Below, in pieces: positions 39,085 through 49,202 of a stretch of DNA of 64,000 bases. A program made the translations under genes and the position numbers. The number at the start of each line of letters is the position of its first letter. Position 1 is the first letter of the stretch. The DNA lies in contig OZ242326.1 of the NCBI GenBank assembly GCA_965208325.1, forward strand, positions 4,256,001 to 4,320,000, given 5' to 3'. The notes under the pieces are model-generated. The model saw only the letters and a list, made by a program, of their open reading frames with translations, was not told the DNA's origin and did no database searches. The stretch is from Candidatus Poribacteria bacterium. Its GTDB lineage: Bacteria > Poribacteria > WGA-4E > PCPOR2b.

Positions 39085-41280
39085 ATGTCGGTTGTTGTTC
39101 TTTTTAGTATAATTTTGCTTTGTCCGCTCGCAGCCTTCTCGATTTTTAGCTTGCTGTCGCTAGCCGGACGCAATTCACCCCGCCAAGATCTCATCTCAAC
39201 CGCGGCAATGCTTATTGCATTTGTCTGCTCTCTGCTGCTCTTTGTTACCGCCGACCATGAAAAACCGGACCACCAAACGCTCACCTGGCTACCGCTCGAA
39301 TCGGTCGATTTTTCGATGGGGTTTTACTTTGACAGTGTAACAGCCGTCATGTTGCTGGTTGTCACAATTGTCAGCAGCCTCGTGCATATCTTTTCTATCG
39401 GTTATATGCACGGCGACCCGCGCTATCCTAGATTCTTCGCATTTCTTTCGTTATTTTCCTTTTCGATGCTGTTTTTGGTGGTATCGGACAATCTGCTCGG
39501 CATCTATATTGGCTGGGAGCTAGTCGGGCTGTGTTCATACCTGCTTATTGGATTCTGGTTTGAAAAAAACTCGGCGGCGGATGCGTGCAAAAAAGCCTTC
39601 TTAACAACCCGCGTGGGCGACGTTGGGATGTTCATCGGGATGATGATGCTGTTCGCCAAATTCCAAACGCTGGCGCTCTATGGAGAAGACGGCATTTTCG
39701 CAGCGATAGCGCATTTGGACGCGGGCGACTTGACATGGCTGTCTATTGCTGGTGTGCTTATCTTCTGCGGTGCTGTTGGCAAGTCCGCGCAAGTGCCGCT
39801 GCACACATGGCTGCCAGATGCGATGGAAGGTCCCACACCGGTCAGCGCATTAATTCACGCTGCAACCATGGTCGCCGCCGGCGTCTATCTTGCCGCACGT
39901 ATGTTCCCGCTCTTGACGCCGGATTCGTCGTTGGTCATCGCTTACATCGGCGGCATCACGGCGTTGATAGCAGCGACAATTGCCATCGTTCGATTTGATA
40001 TCAAGCGGGTGTTAGCTTATTCAACCATCAGCCAACTTGGGTATATGATGTTGGCAATCGGCGCAGGCAGCTACGTCGCGGGTCTCTTTCACTTGACTAC
40101 GCACGCATTCTTCAAAGCCCTGTTGTTCCTCGGATCGGGGAGCGTTATCCATGCGTTTCACGCCAGCCACCAGGCACACAGCCACCACGATGAGAATGGA
40201 CATTCGCGCGGATCCGAGGCGCCGTTCGCGAGTTTTGGTATCGACCCGGCGCAGGATATGCGTCATATGGGCGGGTTGCGGCGGAAAATGCCTCTCACAT
40301 TCGTCACCATGCTCATTGCAACGATGTCAATCTCAGGTGTGCCGTTTCTCTTCTCGGGATTCTGGAGTAAAGATGCAATTCTGGTTGAGGTTCTCTACAG
40401 AGCGATGTCGTGGCACTCCGTGCACCACTATATTTTGTTTTGCACCGCGGCACTTGCCGCTGTCATTACGGCATTTTACATGTTCCGCCTTATTTTCATG
40501 ACCTTTTTCGGCGAACCTCGCAACCGAGAGATGTATGACCATGTCCATGAGTCGCCGAAGGTAATGACAGTTCCGCTCATAATTCTGGCGGTACTCAGTT
40601 TTCCAATTTTCAACACAATTGTCAACAAAGGGTTTTTTGAACACTATGTGAAAACGCCGGAACAACCTCACGTTGGTTCGCCAAAACATGCACACGACAG
40701 TCAAAGCCAAGGCGTCCTGTATGCGCAAGCGGGGCTTTCAGTAGCGTATGCTGCCGAAGACGCGCACCAACATCATGATGACCATGCAGCAGGAGAACAT
40801 CACAATCCAATCCATGACAAGGCGCACAATATCGTCATACCTTTATCGTTCGTAATTGTGATTTTGGGCATTGGGCTGTCCGCACTATTCTACTACTGGA
40901 AAAAGATTTCCGCCGAAGCTGTCGCCGCCAAATTCCGCCCAATCTATAATCTTTTCTGGAACAAATATTATTTTGACGAATTTTACAACGGCGCGATTGT
41001 TGCGTTTACCGTCGCAAGTTCTAGGTTATTTGGGCTTTTCGATCTGCGCGTCATTGATGGCATTGTCAACGGAATCGGATTTACCGTGCGCGAGTTGTTT
41101 TCCCGGTTAATCGGCTGGGTCGACAACACCTTCGTCGATGGACTTGTCAATTGGGTAGCGCAAATTACCTTGTCGGTGGGAGGCAGAATCAGGCGAGTTC
41201 AAACGGGGATGATTCAAAACTACCTACTAATTATTTTGGGCGGGTTAGTGCTGTTGATTTTAATTTTCCGAAGTTTATAG
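39085..41280 (+). CDS. nuoL: NADH-quinone oxidoreductase subunit L
   Basis: GKSAQVPLHTWLPDAMEGPTPVSALIHAATMV, HAFFKALLFLGSG. Confidence 0.97.
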   Translation: MSVVVLFSIILLCPLAAFSIFSLLSLAGRNSPRQDLISTAAMLIAFVCSLLLFVTADHEKPDHQTLTWLPLESVDFSMGFYFDSVTAVMLLVVTIVSSLVHIFSIGYMHGDPRYPRFFAFLSLFSFSMLFLVVSDNLLGIYIGWELVGLCSYLLIGFWFEKNSAADACKKAFLTTRVGDVGMFIGMMMLFAKFQTLALYGEDGIFAAIAHLDAGDLTWLSIAGVLIFCGAVGKSAQVPLHTWLPDAMEGPTPVSALIHAATMVAAGVYLAARMFPLLTPDSSLVIAYIGGITALIAATIAIVRFDIKRVLAYSTISQLGYMMLAIGAGSYVAGLFHLTTHAFFKALLFLGSGSVIHAFHASHQAHSHHDENGHSRGSEAPFASFGIDPAQDMRHMGGLRRKMPLTFVTMLIATMSISGVPFLFSGFWSKDAILVEVLYRAMSWHSVHHYILFCTAALAAVITAFYMFRLIFMTFFGEPRNREMYDHVHESPKVMTVPLIILAVLSFPIFNTIVNKGFFEHYVKTPEQPHVGSPKHAHDSQSQGVLYAQAGLSVAYAAEDAHQHHDDHAAGEHHNPIHDKAHNIVIPLSFVIVILGIGLSALFYYWKKISAEAVAAKFRPIYNLFWNKYYFDEFYNGAIVAFTVASSRLFGLFDLRVIDGIVNGIGFTVRELFSRLIGWVDNTFVDGLVNWVAQITLSVGGRIRRVQTGMIQNYLLIILGGLVLLILIFRSL

Positions 41281-41466
41281 CGTGCCTGCCGCCATCGTTG
41301 CGGTACGGATGGCAACTAAGAGGCCGGCATTAAACGGCGCATTTGATTGGGCAGCGTTATTCTAAGGCGGGCAATTCAGAATTAGAAGTAAATTTCACGG
41401 GAAACGAAGCAATAAAACTGTAGCATATAAATACATTCGGGGCTATTGACAGGAGGGTTTCACTGG

Positions 41467-42957
41467 ATGTTCCTATCATTGATGATTTTTATTCCGCTCT
41501 TGGGGATGGTTGTGGTTTTGCTCCTCCCGCGCGATCAAGAAGAGTTAGCGAGACGGGTGACGCTAGGTTTTACACTGATTCCCCTGCTACTGGCGGTAAT
41601 TCTATTTATGCAATACGACCGATCGGCTTCAGACTTGCAGTTTGATTTTGACACGGTTTGGATCAAAGCGTTCGATATTCACTATCATATCGGCATAAAC
41701 GGCATTAGCGTCACTTTGCTGCTCTTGACGGCATTGTTGGGGCCAATCTGCGTCCTGGCGTCGTGGCGGAATATTGAGAAGGGGGTCAAAGCCTATCTGG
41801 CGCTGTTCCTGCTGCTAGAGACGGGGATGATTGGCTTCTTCTGCGCTCAAGACCTATTTCTGTTCTACGTTTTCTTCGAAGTGACATTGCTGCCGATGTA
41901 TTTTCTGATTGGGATTTGGGGAGGTCCCCGCCGAGAGTATGCGGCGATAAAGTTCTTTTTGTATACACTTTTCGGCGGAGTGCTGATGCTGATTGCCATC
42001 ATTGCTGTCTACATTAAAGGCGGCACTTTTGATATTCCGAAACTAATCGCGCTTGCCGGGCAGGAAGGACATCCACTCGCAGACCGCACATTTCAGATTT
42101 GGGCGTTCTTAGGTTTCTTCATCGGCTTTGCGGTGAAGGTTCCCATCTTTCCGTTCCACACCTGGCTGCCTGACGCACACGTGGAAGCGCCAACCGCAAT
42201 TAGCGTCATCCTTGCAGGTATTCTACTGAAGATGGGCACCTATGGGTTAGTGCTTATCAATTTTGCCATGTTGCCAAAAGGCATGGAACTCTTCTGCAAC
42301 GGCGAGGGCAGGTGGGGAAACGCCTTCGCGGTACTTGGCTTTGTCAACATTGTCTATGGATCCCTGTGTGCGTTAGCACAAAAGGACTTCAAGAAACTGG
42401 TGGCTTACTCCAGTATTGCGCACATGGGATTCGTGATTTTGGGTCTCGCCGCGCGCAACGAGAGCGGGATGAACGGCGCAATTCTTCAGATGTTCAACCA
42501 CGGCGTAATTAGCGCCATGTTGTTCCTTTTGGTAGGCGTCGTTTATGACCGTGCGCATCATCGTGAAATAGGCGGTTTTGGCGGATTGGGAAGCCGGATG
42601 CCAATATATACCGGCATTACAACCGTAGCGTTTATGGCGTCGCTGGGATTGCCCGGACTCAGCGGTTTCGTCGGCGAAGCGCTGTCTTTGTTGGGAGCGT
42701 ATGACAAATTCCCGAAACTGACAATTCTTTCGACCATCGGTATTGTGATTGGCGCGGCTTATTTCCTCTGGACCTTGCAGCGGGTCTTCTTGGGACAACT
42801 CAATCCGAAATACGCGGATATGCCCGAAATAAATCGCCGCGAAATCGTAACGTTGGTACCGCTCGGTATTTTAACAATTGTACTCGGCATTTGGCCATCC
42901 TTCGCCATGGATATGTTTAATGAGGCAGTTAAGGGTTTGATTGCGCCTTTAGGTTAG
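41467..42957 (+). CDS. nuoM: NADH-quinone oxidoreductase subunit M
   Basis: FHTWLPDAHVEAPT, LLKMG; start placed at ATG 41467 after AGGAGG (the ORF track uses TTG 41446). Confidence 0.96.
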   Translation: MFLSLMIFIPLLGMVVVLLLPRDQEELARRVTLGFTLIPLLLAVILFMQYDRSASDLQFDFDTVWIKAFDIHYHIGINGISVTLLLLTALLGPICVLASWRNIEKGVKAYLALFLLLETGMIGFFCAQDLFLFYVFFEVTLLPMYFLIGIWGGPRREYAAIKFFLYTLFGGVLMLIAIIAVYIKGGTFDIPKLIALAGQEGHPLADRTFQIWAFLGFFIGFAVKVPIFPFHTWLPDAHVEAPTAISVILAGILLKMGTYGLVLINFAMLPKGMELFCNGEGRWGNAFAVLGFVNIVYGSLCALAQKDFKKLVAYSSIAHMGFVILGLAARNESGMNGAILQMFNHGVISAMLFLLVGVVYDRAHHREIGGFGGLGSRMPIYTGITTVAFMASLGLPGLSGFVGEALSLLGAYDKFPKLTILSTIGIVIGAAYFLWTLQRVFLGQLNPKYADMPEINRREIVTLVPLGILTIVLGIWPSFAMDMFNEAVKGLIAPLG

Positions 42958-42998
42958 AGGCGTTCGGCCGATAACAGCCGGAGCCGGAGGTACGCAAT

Positions 42999-44474
42999 TT
43001 GGATATATTGAACAACGTCCAAAGCATTCGATATTTTATCCCCGAATTGATTTTAGTTGTATTTGCGGCAGGGGTAATCATATACGATCTAATCGGTCGG
43101 CAGGAAGGCGGCAGAAGAGGAGCCCATCTGTCACTTGCGGGACTTGCGGCGGCGCTCATCGCAGTACTCCTAGTCGGCGCAGCGGACCGCTCCCTATTCC
43201 TAGGGATGGTTCAGCTTGATAGTTTTGCGGTGTTCTTTAAGGTCATCATCTTGATAACGACCGCCGTCACAATCCTGTTTTCTATGGGTTCCGAGGAACT
43301 CGATCCGCGCACAAAAGGGGAATACTACGCGCTGCTGCTGGCAGTTACGCTGGGTATGTTCCTCATGGCGTCATCGACGCATCTGCTCATGATTTACCTC
43401 TCGATTGAAACCGTCAGCTTGGCATCATACATTTTAGCCGGCTTTTTAACGCACAGCCCGCGGTCGAGTGAAGCCGCGTTCAAGTATATCATTTACGGCG
43501 CGGTCGCGTCGGGAACTATGCTGTTCGGTATTTCGCTGATATTTGGCTTGACTGGCACGGGAGATGTCGTACAGGTCAGTAATGTGCTGGCAGAGTTGTT
43601 CAGTTCAGGCGGGGGCGACTATCAGTTAGCGGTGTTGGTGTCGATAATATTTGTCCTTGCGGGCGTCGGTTATAAAATCGCTTCTGTTCCGTTTCACATG
43701 TGGTCGCCCGATGTGTACGAAGGGGCGCCAATTCCGATAACGGCGTTTCTGTCGGTTGCTTCCAAATCTGCCGGTTTTGCACTGTTTATCCGCCTGTTTT
43801 ATTCTGGGTTTGGGTCAGCAAATGTCATCGAGTCCGTTGATTGGTCGTTACTGTTAGCCGTCGTTGCCGCCTTAACCATGACGGTTGGTAATCTGGCGGC
43901 GCTACCACAGCAGAATGTCAAGCGCCTGCTTGCGTACTCCAGCATTGCGCACGGCGGGTACGTGCTCATGGGCGGCGTCTTACTGACTGCCGAAGGCGTT
44001 CACGCAATTCTTTTTTACCTCATCATTTACCTCTTCATGAATTTGGGCGCTTTCTTCGTTGTTATTCTTATCGCGGAACGGATTGGCAGTGAGACCATCG
44101 ACGGGTACCGCGGGCTTGTTACCCGTGCGCCGTTAGTGGCGATATCCATGGGGATTTTCCTCTTTTCTCTGACCGGCATCCCGCCGCTTTCTGGATTTAT
44201 TGGTAAATGGCTGCTTTTTAAGGCGGTACTGACCGAAGAATTCTACTGGTTGGCGATTGTTGGCTTGCTTAACAGCGTTGTATCTCTGTATTACTACGTG
44301 CGAATTGTTAAAGCCATGTTTCTGGATTCGTCGGACGAGCCTAACCCCGTATCCTTTTCCATAGGCAGCCGCGCATTGCTCGTGGTGTTTGTTGTACCGA
44401 CAATCATATTAGGGCTTTATTGGACGCCAGTGTATCAGTTGTCTAAGGCATCGCTCGGAAAAATCCTGGGCTAA
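42999..44474 (+). CDS. nuoN: NADH-quinone oxidoreductase subunit N
   Basis: PFHMWSPDVYEGAP, KRLLAYSSIAHGGY. Confidence 0.96.
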   Translation: MDILNNVQSIRYFIPELILVVFAAGVIIYDLIGRQEGGRRGAHLSLAGLAAALIAVLLVGAADRSLFLGMVQLDSFAVFFKVIILITTAVTILFSMGSEELDPRTKGEYYALLLAVTLGMFLMASSTHLLMIYLSIETVSLASYILAGFLTHSPRSSEAAFKYIIYGAVASGTMLFGISLIFGLTGTGDVVQVSNVLAELFSSGGGDYQLAVLVSIIFVLAGVGYKIASVPFHMWSPDVYEGAPIPITAFLSVASKSAGFALFIRLFYSGFGSANVIESVDWSLLLAVVAALTMTVGNLAALPQQNVKRLLAYSSIAHGGYVLMGGVLLTAEGVHAILFYLIIYLFMNLGAFFVVILIAERIGSETIDGYRGLVTRAPLVAISMGIFLFSLTGIPPLSGFIGKWLLFKAVLTEEFYWLAIVGLLNSVVSLYYYVRIVKAMFLDSSDEPNPVSFSIGSRALLVVFVVPTIILGLYWTPVYQLSKASLGKILG

Positions 44475-44477
44475 ACC

Positions 44478-44506
44478 TTGACAAAAATCTGAGTTACTGT
44501 TATAAT
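44478..44506 (+). promoter_or_regulatory. strong sigma70 promoter of the tRNA pair
   Basis: TTGACA-17 nt-TATAAT. Confidence 0.85.
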
Positions 44507-44518
44507 TCTACATGGCTT

Positions 44519-44592
44519 TGCCGGGTCGTCTAATGGTAGGACGCATGGCTCTGGACCATGTCGCGAGGGTTCGAGTCCTTCCCCGGCAGCCA
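44519..44592 (+). tRNA. tRNA-Gln (CTG)
   Basis: Acceptor TGCCGGG/CCCGGCA, anticodon arm CATGG-CTCTGGA-CCATG, GGTTCGAGTCC T-arm, encoded CCA. Confidence 0.95.
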
Positions 44593-44601
44593 ATTTATCA
44601 C

Positions 44602-44673
44602 GGCGCTATCGTCTAGGGGTTAGGACGGGTGGTTCTCAGCCATCAAACCGGGGTTCGATTCCCCGTAGCGCTA
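44602..44673 (+). tRNA. tRNA-Glu (CTC), CCA not encoded
   Basis: Acceptor GGCGCTA/TAGCGCT, anticodon arm GGTGG-TTCTCAG-CCATC, GGTTCGATTCC T-arm. Confidence 0.95.
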
Positions 44674-44700
44674 TCTCCGAAAATTTACTTGAATACCCAT

Positions 44701-44756
44701 AGCCGCATTCGGACGGACATATTTCCGCGCAATGAGTCCGCCGAGTGCGGCTTTTT
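44701..44756 (+). terminator. intrinsic terminator after the tRNAs
   Basis: AGCCGCATTCGG...CCGAGTGCGGCT followed by a T run. Confidence 0.75.
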
Positions 44757-44851
44757 GCGTTTGGAATCGCCTAACGAATGCAGCGCCCGCTAGCAGATAA
44801 CGCCTCCTCTATCGTTTCCTTCAATTACGAACGGAATTCATGGTTTCAGCA

Positions 44852-44880
44852 TTGACATTTGCGGCAAATCATGTTATAAT
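44852..44880 (+). promoter_or_regulatory. sigma70-type promoter
   Basis: TTGACA-17 nt-TATAAT. Confidence 0.75.
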
Positions 44881-45036
44881 GTGTTAAGTAAACATAAAAG
44901 GAAATGGAACAGCTGTTATTTGGAGGTAAAATTCTATCATCCATCGATATTCAACGCCCGTGAGCAGGCGTAAGCCGATGATTCCATAGCATCGTCAGAG
45001 AAATAACAATCGCATCTCACAATTAGGAGCCGTAAT

Positions 45037-45453
45037 ATGAAGTTACTTATAGTCTTCACAATTTCCCTGTGTTTATTGAGTTGTCAAGTCGACAAACCAC
45101 GTGTGAGTTTCGGCAAGAATGTTGATAATATCCAGGAGCAAGTTAGAGAATTGGAAAAGAAAGTTGCGAATCTCGAGAAGCGAGTCGCCGCAAATGAGAA
45201 GCGAATTGTTGTGAATGAAGAACGAATCACCGTAATTGAACTGAAAATGTCTATTTCTAAAGCCAACCGCATCGCCATGATTGAAACCTTGAATCAAAAC
45301 GGCTATGATGGCGGCGGTTGGGCTGCCGAAGTTGACGCGTTCTTTGATGGACTTACTGAGGAGCAACGGAAGGAGTTCGTTAAAGTACCAATGGAAGATT
45401 TCGTGGACTTGATGCATTCATACGGACTTACTTTCCCTTGGGAACGGCGATAA
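45037..45453 (+). CDS. putative lipoprotein with a heptad coiled coil
   Basis: LLSC lipobox; LEKKVAN-LEKRVAA-NEKRIVV-NEERITV heptads. Confidence 0.7.
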   Translation: MKLLIVFTISLCLLSCQVDKPRVSFGKNVDNIQEQVRELEKKVANLEKRVAANEKRIVVNEERITVIELKMSISKANRIAMIETLNQNGYDGGGWAAEVDAFFDGLTEEQRKEFVKVPMEDFVDLMHSYGLTFPWERR

Positions 45454-45483
45454 ACCATACAACGGAGGAGGGAATAGTATCGC

Positions 45484-47418
45484 ATGGAACGCGCTCAACA
45501 ACTGCTTACCGAGAAATTTGGCTTCGACCAATTTCTGCCCGGACAGACGGAAGTCATCCAACACTTGCTCGCCAAACGTTCAGCGCTTGCAATCTTTCCC
45601 ACAGGCGGCGGGAAATCGCTTTGCTACCAGTTGCCGGCGCTCACCTTCGACGGTGTAACGGTTGTAATCTCGCCGCTGATTGCCTTGATGAAAGATCAGA
45701 TTGATTTCCTAAAAAGCCGCGGCATTCCAGCCGAGCGGCTCGACTCAACCTTGTCTACCGAAGAATCAAGGTCTGTCATGTCTGCATTATCGTCTGGTGA
45801 ATTGCGCCTCCTGTACGCCGCACCGGAGCGATTTAGCAACGAACGCTTTTTGCACGCAATGAAGCGCACGAAGGTCTCAATGTTTGCTGTTGATGAAGCG
45901 CATTGCATCTCGGAATGGGGTCACAACTTTCGACCGGATTACCTTAAACTCGCTCGATTGGCAAAGGAATGTGGTGCGGAGCGATTGTTTGCATTGACAG
46001 CAACGGCGACGCCTAAGGTGGCGAAAGACATCTGCGCAGGATTCGGCATATCGGGTGAATGCGTTGTTCGGACCGGTTTTTACCGAAAGAACCTCAAAGT
46101 GTTAACCACCTCAATAACCGCTGACGGCCGCGACAGGGCGTTGGTCGAAAGGTTGAACGGACTTCCCAAAGGCCCCACAATCGTCTACGTCACTCTGCAA
46201 AAGACAGCGGAGCAAGTCGCAGACAACCTCGCCTCGGCAGGACTTCCGGCACGAGCCTATCATGCTGGAATGAAAGATGAGCATCGGACTGAAGTGCAAG
46301 AGTGGTTCATGGGCTCAGACCAAGGCATTGTGGTGGCTACCATTGCATTCGGCATGGGTATCGATAAGTCAAACATTCGCTATATCTACCATTATAATCT
46401 GCCAAAGAGCCTTGAGAATTTTTCGCAGGAGATAGGGCGCGCCGGGCGGGATGGAGAAAATTCGATTTGCCAGATGTTTGTCTGTCTTGATGATGTTTGT
46501 ACACTTGAAAACTTTGCCTATGGGGACACACCAAGCCGAAACGCAATCAGGGGTTTAGTCGGGGAAATTTTCTCCTTTTCTGGCCAGTTCGACGTTAGTC
46601 TATATGAACTTTCGAGGCGCCATGACATTCGGCATTTAGTGATACGGACGCTGTGCGTGAAAATGGAACTTTACGGTTATCTACAGGAACTGACCCCGTT
46701 CTACAGCCGTTACAAATTTCAACCGCTTGTTTCGTCGTCTGAAATTTTATCGAGGTTTGAAGGTGAACGCCGGCAATTCCTGACATCGGTTTTCAACAAA
46801 ACTAAAAAAGCCAAGATTTGGTGTCACATCAATCTTGATGAAGCGGCAGCCGCGATTGATTGCTCCCGCGATCGAATAGTGCGGGCTTTGGACTACCTCG
46901 AAGAGCAGGGATTGTTGAAAGTGCAGCCCGAAGGGGTTCGTAATCGCTTTGTAGTTCTCAAGCAGCCCGATGACCTCGATCAGCTAACCGATGCGCTGTT
47001 TCAAAACGCACTTGAACTTGAAAAGCGTGAGGTAGAACGGATAGGACAAGTTATTGATTTGGCATCGTACGACGGGTGCCAAGTCGCACACTTAGCCGCG
47101 CACTTCGGTGAAATACTCCCTCGCCACTGCGGACATTGTGCTTGGTGTTTAAACGGCCGTCAACCTACGAGCCTTTTACCCGCCAAACCGGGGGCAATTG
47201 ATGAAGGACTGTGGAAGCAACTGCTTGATGCGTGGCATGGCCAAGATGAGCTAATTGACGACGCCCGTTCAATAGCCCGATTCGCGTGCGGCATTACCTC
47301 TCCACGATTAACGCAGACTAAAATGTCGAGACATCCGCTTTTCGGATGCCTTGCCCACGTCCGATTTGATGAGATTCATAAGCGCGCCCAAACGGTTGCA
47401 CAAGATTCAAAGCGTTAA
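45484..47418 (+). CDS. RecQ-family ATP-dependent DNA helicase
   Basis: PTGGGKSLCYQLP, DEAHCISEWGHNFRPDY, ATIAFGMGIDK, QEIGRAGRDG, Zn-binding C...CGHC..C. Confidence 0.93.
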   Translation: MERAQQLLTEKFGFDQFLPGQTEVIQHLLAKRSALAIFPTGGGKSLCYQLPALTFDGVTVVISPLIALMKDQIDFLKSRGIPAERLDSTLSTEESRSVMSALSSGELRLLYAAPERFSNERFLHAMKRTKVSMFAVDEAHCISEWGHNFRPDYLKLARLAKECGAERLFALTATATPKVAKDICAGFGISGECVVRTGFYRKNLKVLTTSITADGRDRALVERLNGLPKGPTIVYVTLQKTAEQVADNLASAGLPARAYHAGMKDEHRTEVQEWFMGSDQGIVVATIAFGMGIDKSNIRYIYHYNLPKSLENFSQEIGRAGRDGENSICQMFVCLDDVCTLENFAYGDTPSRNAIRGLVGEIFSFSGQFDVSLYELSRRHDIRHLVIRTLCVKMELYGYLQELTPFYSRYKFQPLVSSSEILSRFEGERRQFLTSVFNKTKKAKIWCHINLDEAAAAIDCSRDRIVRALDYLEEQGLLKVQPEGVRNRFVVLKQPDDLDQLTDALFQNALELEKREVERIGQVIDLASYDGCQVAHLAAHFGEILPRHCGHCAWCLNGRQPTSLLPAKPGAIDEGLWKQLLDAWHGQDELIDDARSIARFACGITSPRLTQTKMSRHPLFGCLAHVRFDEIHKRAQTVAQDSKR

Positions 47419-47640
47419 GCCGCAACAGAAGTTTCCAATGAAACCAATCACTAAAACCAACGCCCCATTTATCGTGTGTGAAAATTCAGACACAGTCCTC
47501 AAGTTCCGTCGGAAACTTCCAATTGCAGGTTGAGTTTGCGCGCCAATACCACAGAATGAAACAGGGACATTTCCCGGATTCTCGTCCGTGAGCAGATGCG
47601 ACGCGCACGCAAAACCGCAGCCGCAATCGGGGAGTGTTGA

Positions 47641-49089
47641 ATGACACGAGACGAAGCACTGCGCATCTTGGGATTGCCTAGCGCGGCAAATCCCAACGAT
47701 ATTAAAAAGGCATACCGGAACCTCGTCAAAATTACACATCCGGATAGGGATAGTTCCCCCGGTGCACAACAACGCTTTATACTTGTTCAAACCGCATATG
47801 AGATATTAACCGACCCATACCAACAATCTGGGCACGAACAAGAACAAGCGAGACGAGAACGCGCCGCGCGGGAGCGGGCTGAGCGGGAACGTCAAGAACG
47901 GGAAGACAGAGAAAGAGTAGAACGGGAAGCACGGGCGAGAGCAGGACGAGAACATCAGGAACGTGAAAGGGCGGAAAAAGAACGCCAAGAACAAGAACGT
48001 CAGAGGAAAAAGGATGACAACAAAATTGGCGATTACATAGGCGGAGGATGTGGTTGCCTGATCATTTTCGGCATTATATCTGCCGTAATTGGGGGGATAC
48101 AAGATTCATGCGATGATAGATCGCCGAAAGCGCGTGCAATTAAACACGTTATTTCTAGGCAATATGCCGAAGCCATAGAAGATTTTGATGAGGCAATACG
48201 GCAAGACGCGACTGATGCGGACGCATATGCCCGCCGCGGCAGAGCTAAAGCTAAATTACAGCAGTATAGCGATGCTATTAAGGATTATGATGAAGCGATT
48301 CGATTGGATCCAAATAATCCCAATAGCTATATCGATCGGAGTGATGCTAATCTTGCATTGGAACGGTATGTTGATGCTATAAAGGACTATGATGAATTGA
48401 TACGACTAGATCCTAACAATCCACGCACTTATATCGATCGAGGCGATGTTAAACTTGCATCGGAACAGTATGCGAAAGCCATCGAAGACTATGATGAAGC
48501 GATTCGCTTGGATCCCAACAATCCGTATGCTCATTTTCATCGGGGTGATGCCAAAAAGAATTTAGAACAACATGCGGATGCCATTATGGACTGTGATGAA
48601 GCGATTCGTTTGGATCCCAACAATCCGCATGCGTACATTCATCGCGGTGATGTTAAACTTGCATTAGAAAAATATGCCGATGCCATTAAAGACTTCGACC
48701 AATCAATACGTCTGGATTCCCAAGATTCGTATACGCATTATGCTTATTTGTATCGTGGGCGGGGCAAATATGAAATGGGTTATTACCAGGCAGCGATATA
48801 CGACTACAACGAAGTTATACACCTAAATTCTGGATTTGTTTGGGAGGCGTTTGGTGAGCGCGGGCTCTGCAAAGCCCAGCTTGGGCAGCATGCCGCTGCC
48901 ATTGAGGATTACAACGAGGCGACACACCTCAAACCCGACAGCGCGGCGTTATATTATCGTCGCGCCTTATCTTATCTGAAATTGGGGCAGGATATTGAAT
49001 CCAACAAAGATTTCGATAAAGCAATGGAACTTGCCCAAGAACAAGGTGATACAGAACTACAGAAGAAAATCAGGAGTGCTCGTGAATAA
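47641..49089 (+). CDS. J-domain + TM + TPR repeat protein
   Basis: ALRILGL...IKKAYR...HPD, charged E/R helix, a TM segment, about 9 TPRs (AIxDYDEAIRLDPNNP). Confidence 0.88.
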   Translation: MTRDEALRILGLPSAANPNDIKKAYRNLVKITHPDRDSSPGAQQRFILVQTAYEILTDPYQQSGHEQEQARRERAARERAERERQEREDRERVEREARARAGREHQERERAEKERQEQERQRKKDDNKIGDYIGGGCGCLIIFGIISAVIGGIQDSCDDRSPKARAIKHVISRQYAEAIEDFDEAIRQDATDADAYARRGRAKAKLQQYSDAIKDYDEAIRLDPNNPNSYIDRSDANLALERYVDAIKDYDELIRLDPNNPRTYIDRGDVKLASEQYAKAIEDYDEAIRLDPNNPYAHFHRGDAKKNLEQHADAIMDCDEAIRLDPNNPHAYIHRGDVKLALEKYADAIKDFDQSIRLDSQDSYTHYAYLYRGRGKYEMGYYQAAIYDYNEVIHLNSGFVWEAFGERGLCKAQLGQHAAAIEDYNEATHLKPDSAALYYRRALSYLKLGQDIESNKDFDKAMELAQEQGDTELQKKIRSARE

Positions 49090-49202
49090 TCGTGGGAAAT
49101 ACACCAGACAGTATGATATTCGGAAGTGGTTTGAATATCTAATCTCGAGCCGAGAGAGGTCTGGCCTTCAAGACGTTTGAACACGTTCAGGGGTCTGATT
49201 CC

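Noticed and set aside
44602..44673. tRNA-Glu as a pseudogene because CCA is missing
   Set aside because: The cloverleaf is intact, and CCA is added post-transcriptionally in many bacteria.
44602..49200. tRNA-anchored genomic island (lipoprotein, RecQ, J-TPR)
   Set aside because: No integrase, and I could not find a duplicated tRNA 3' end.
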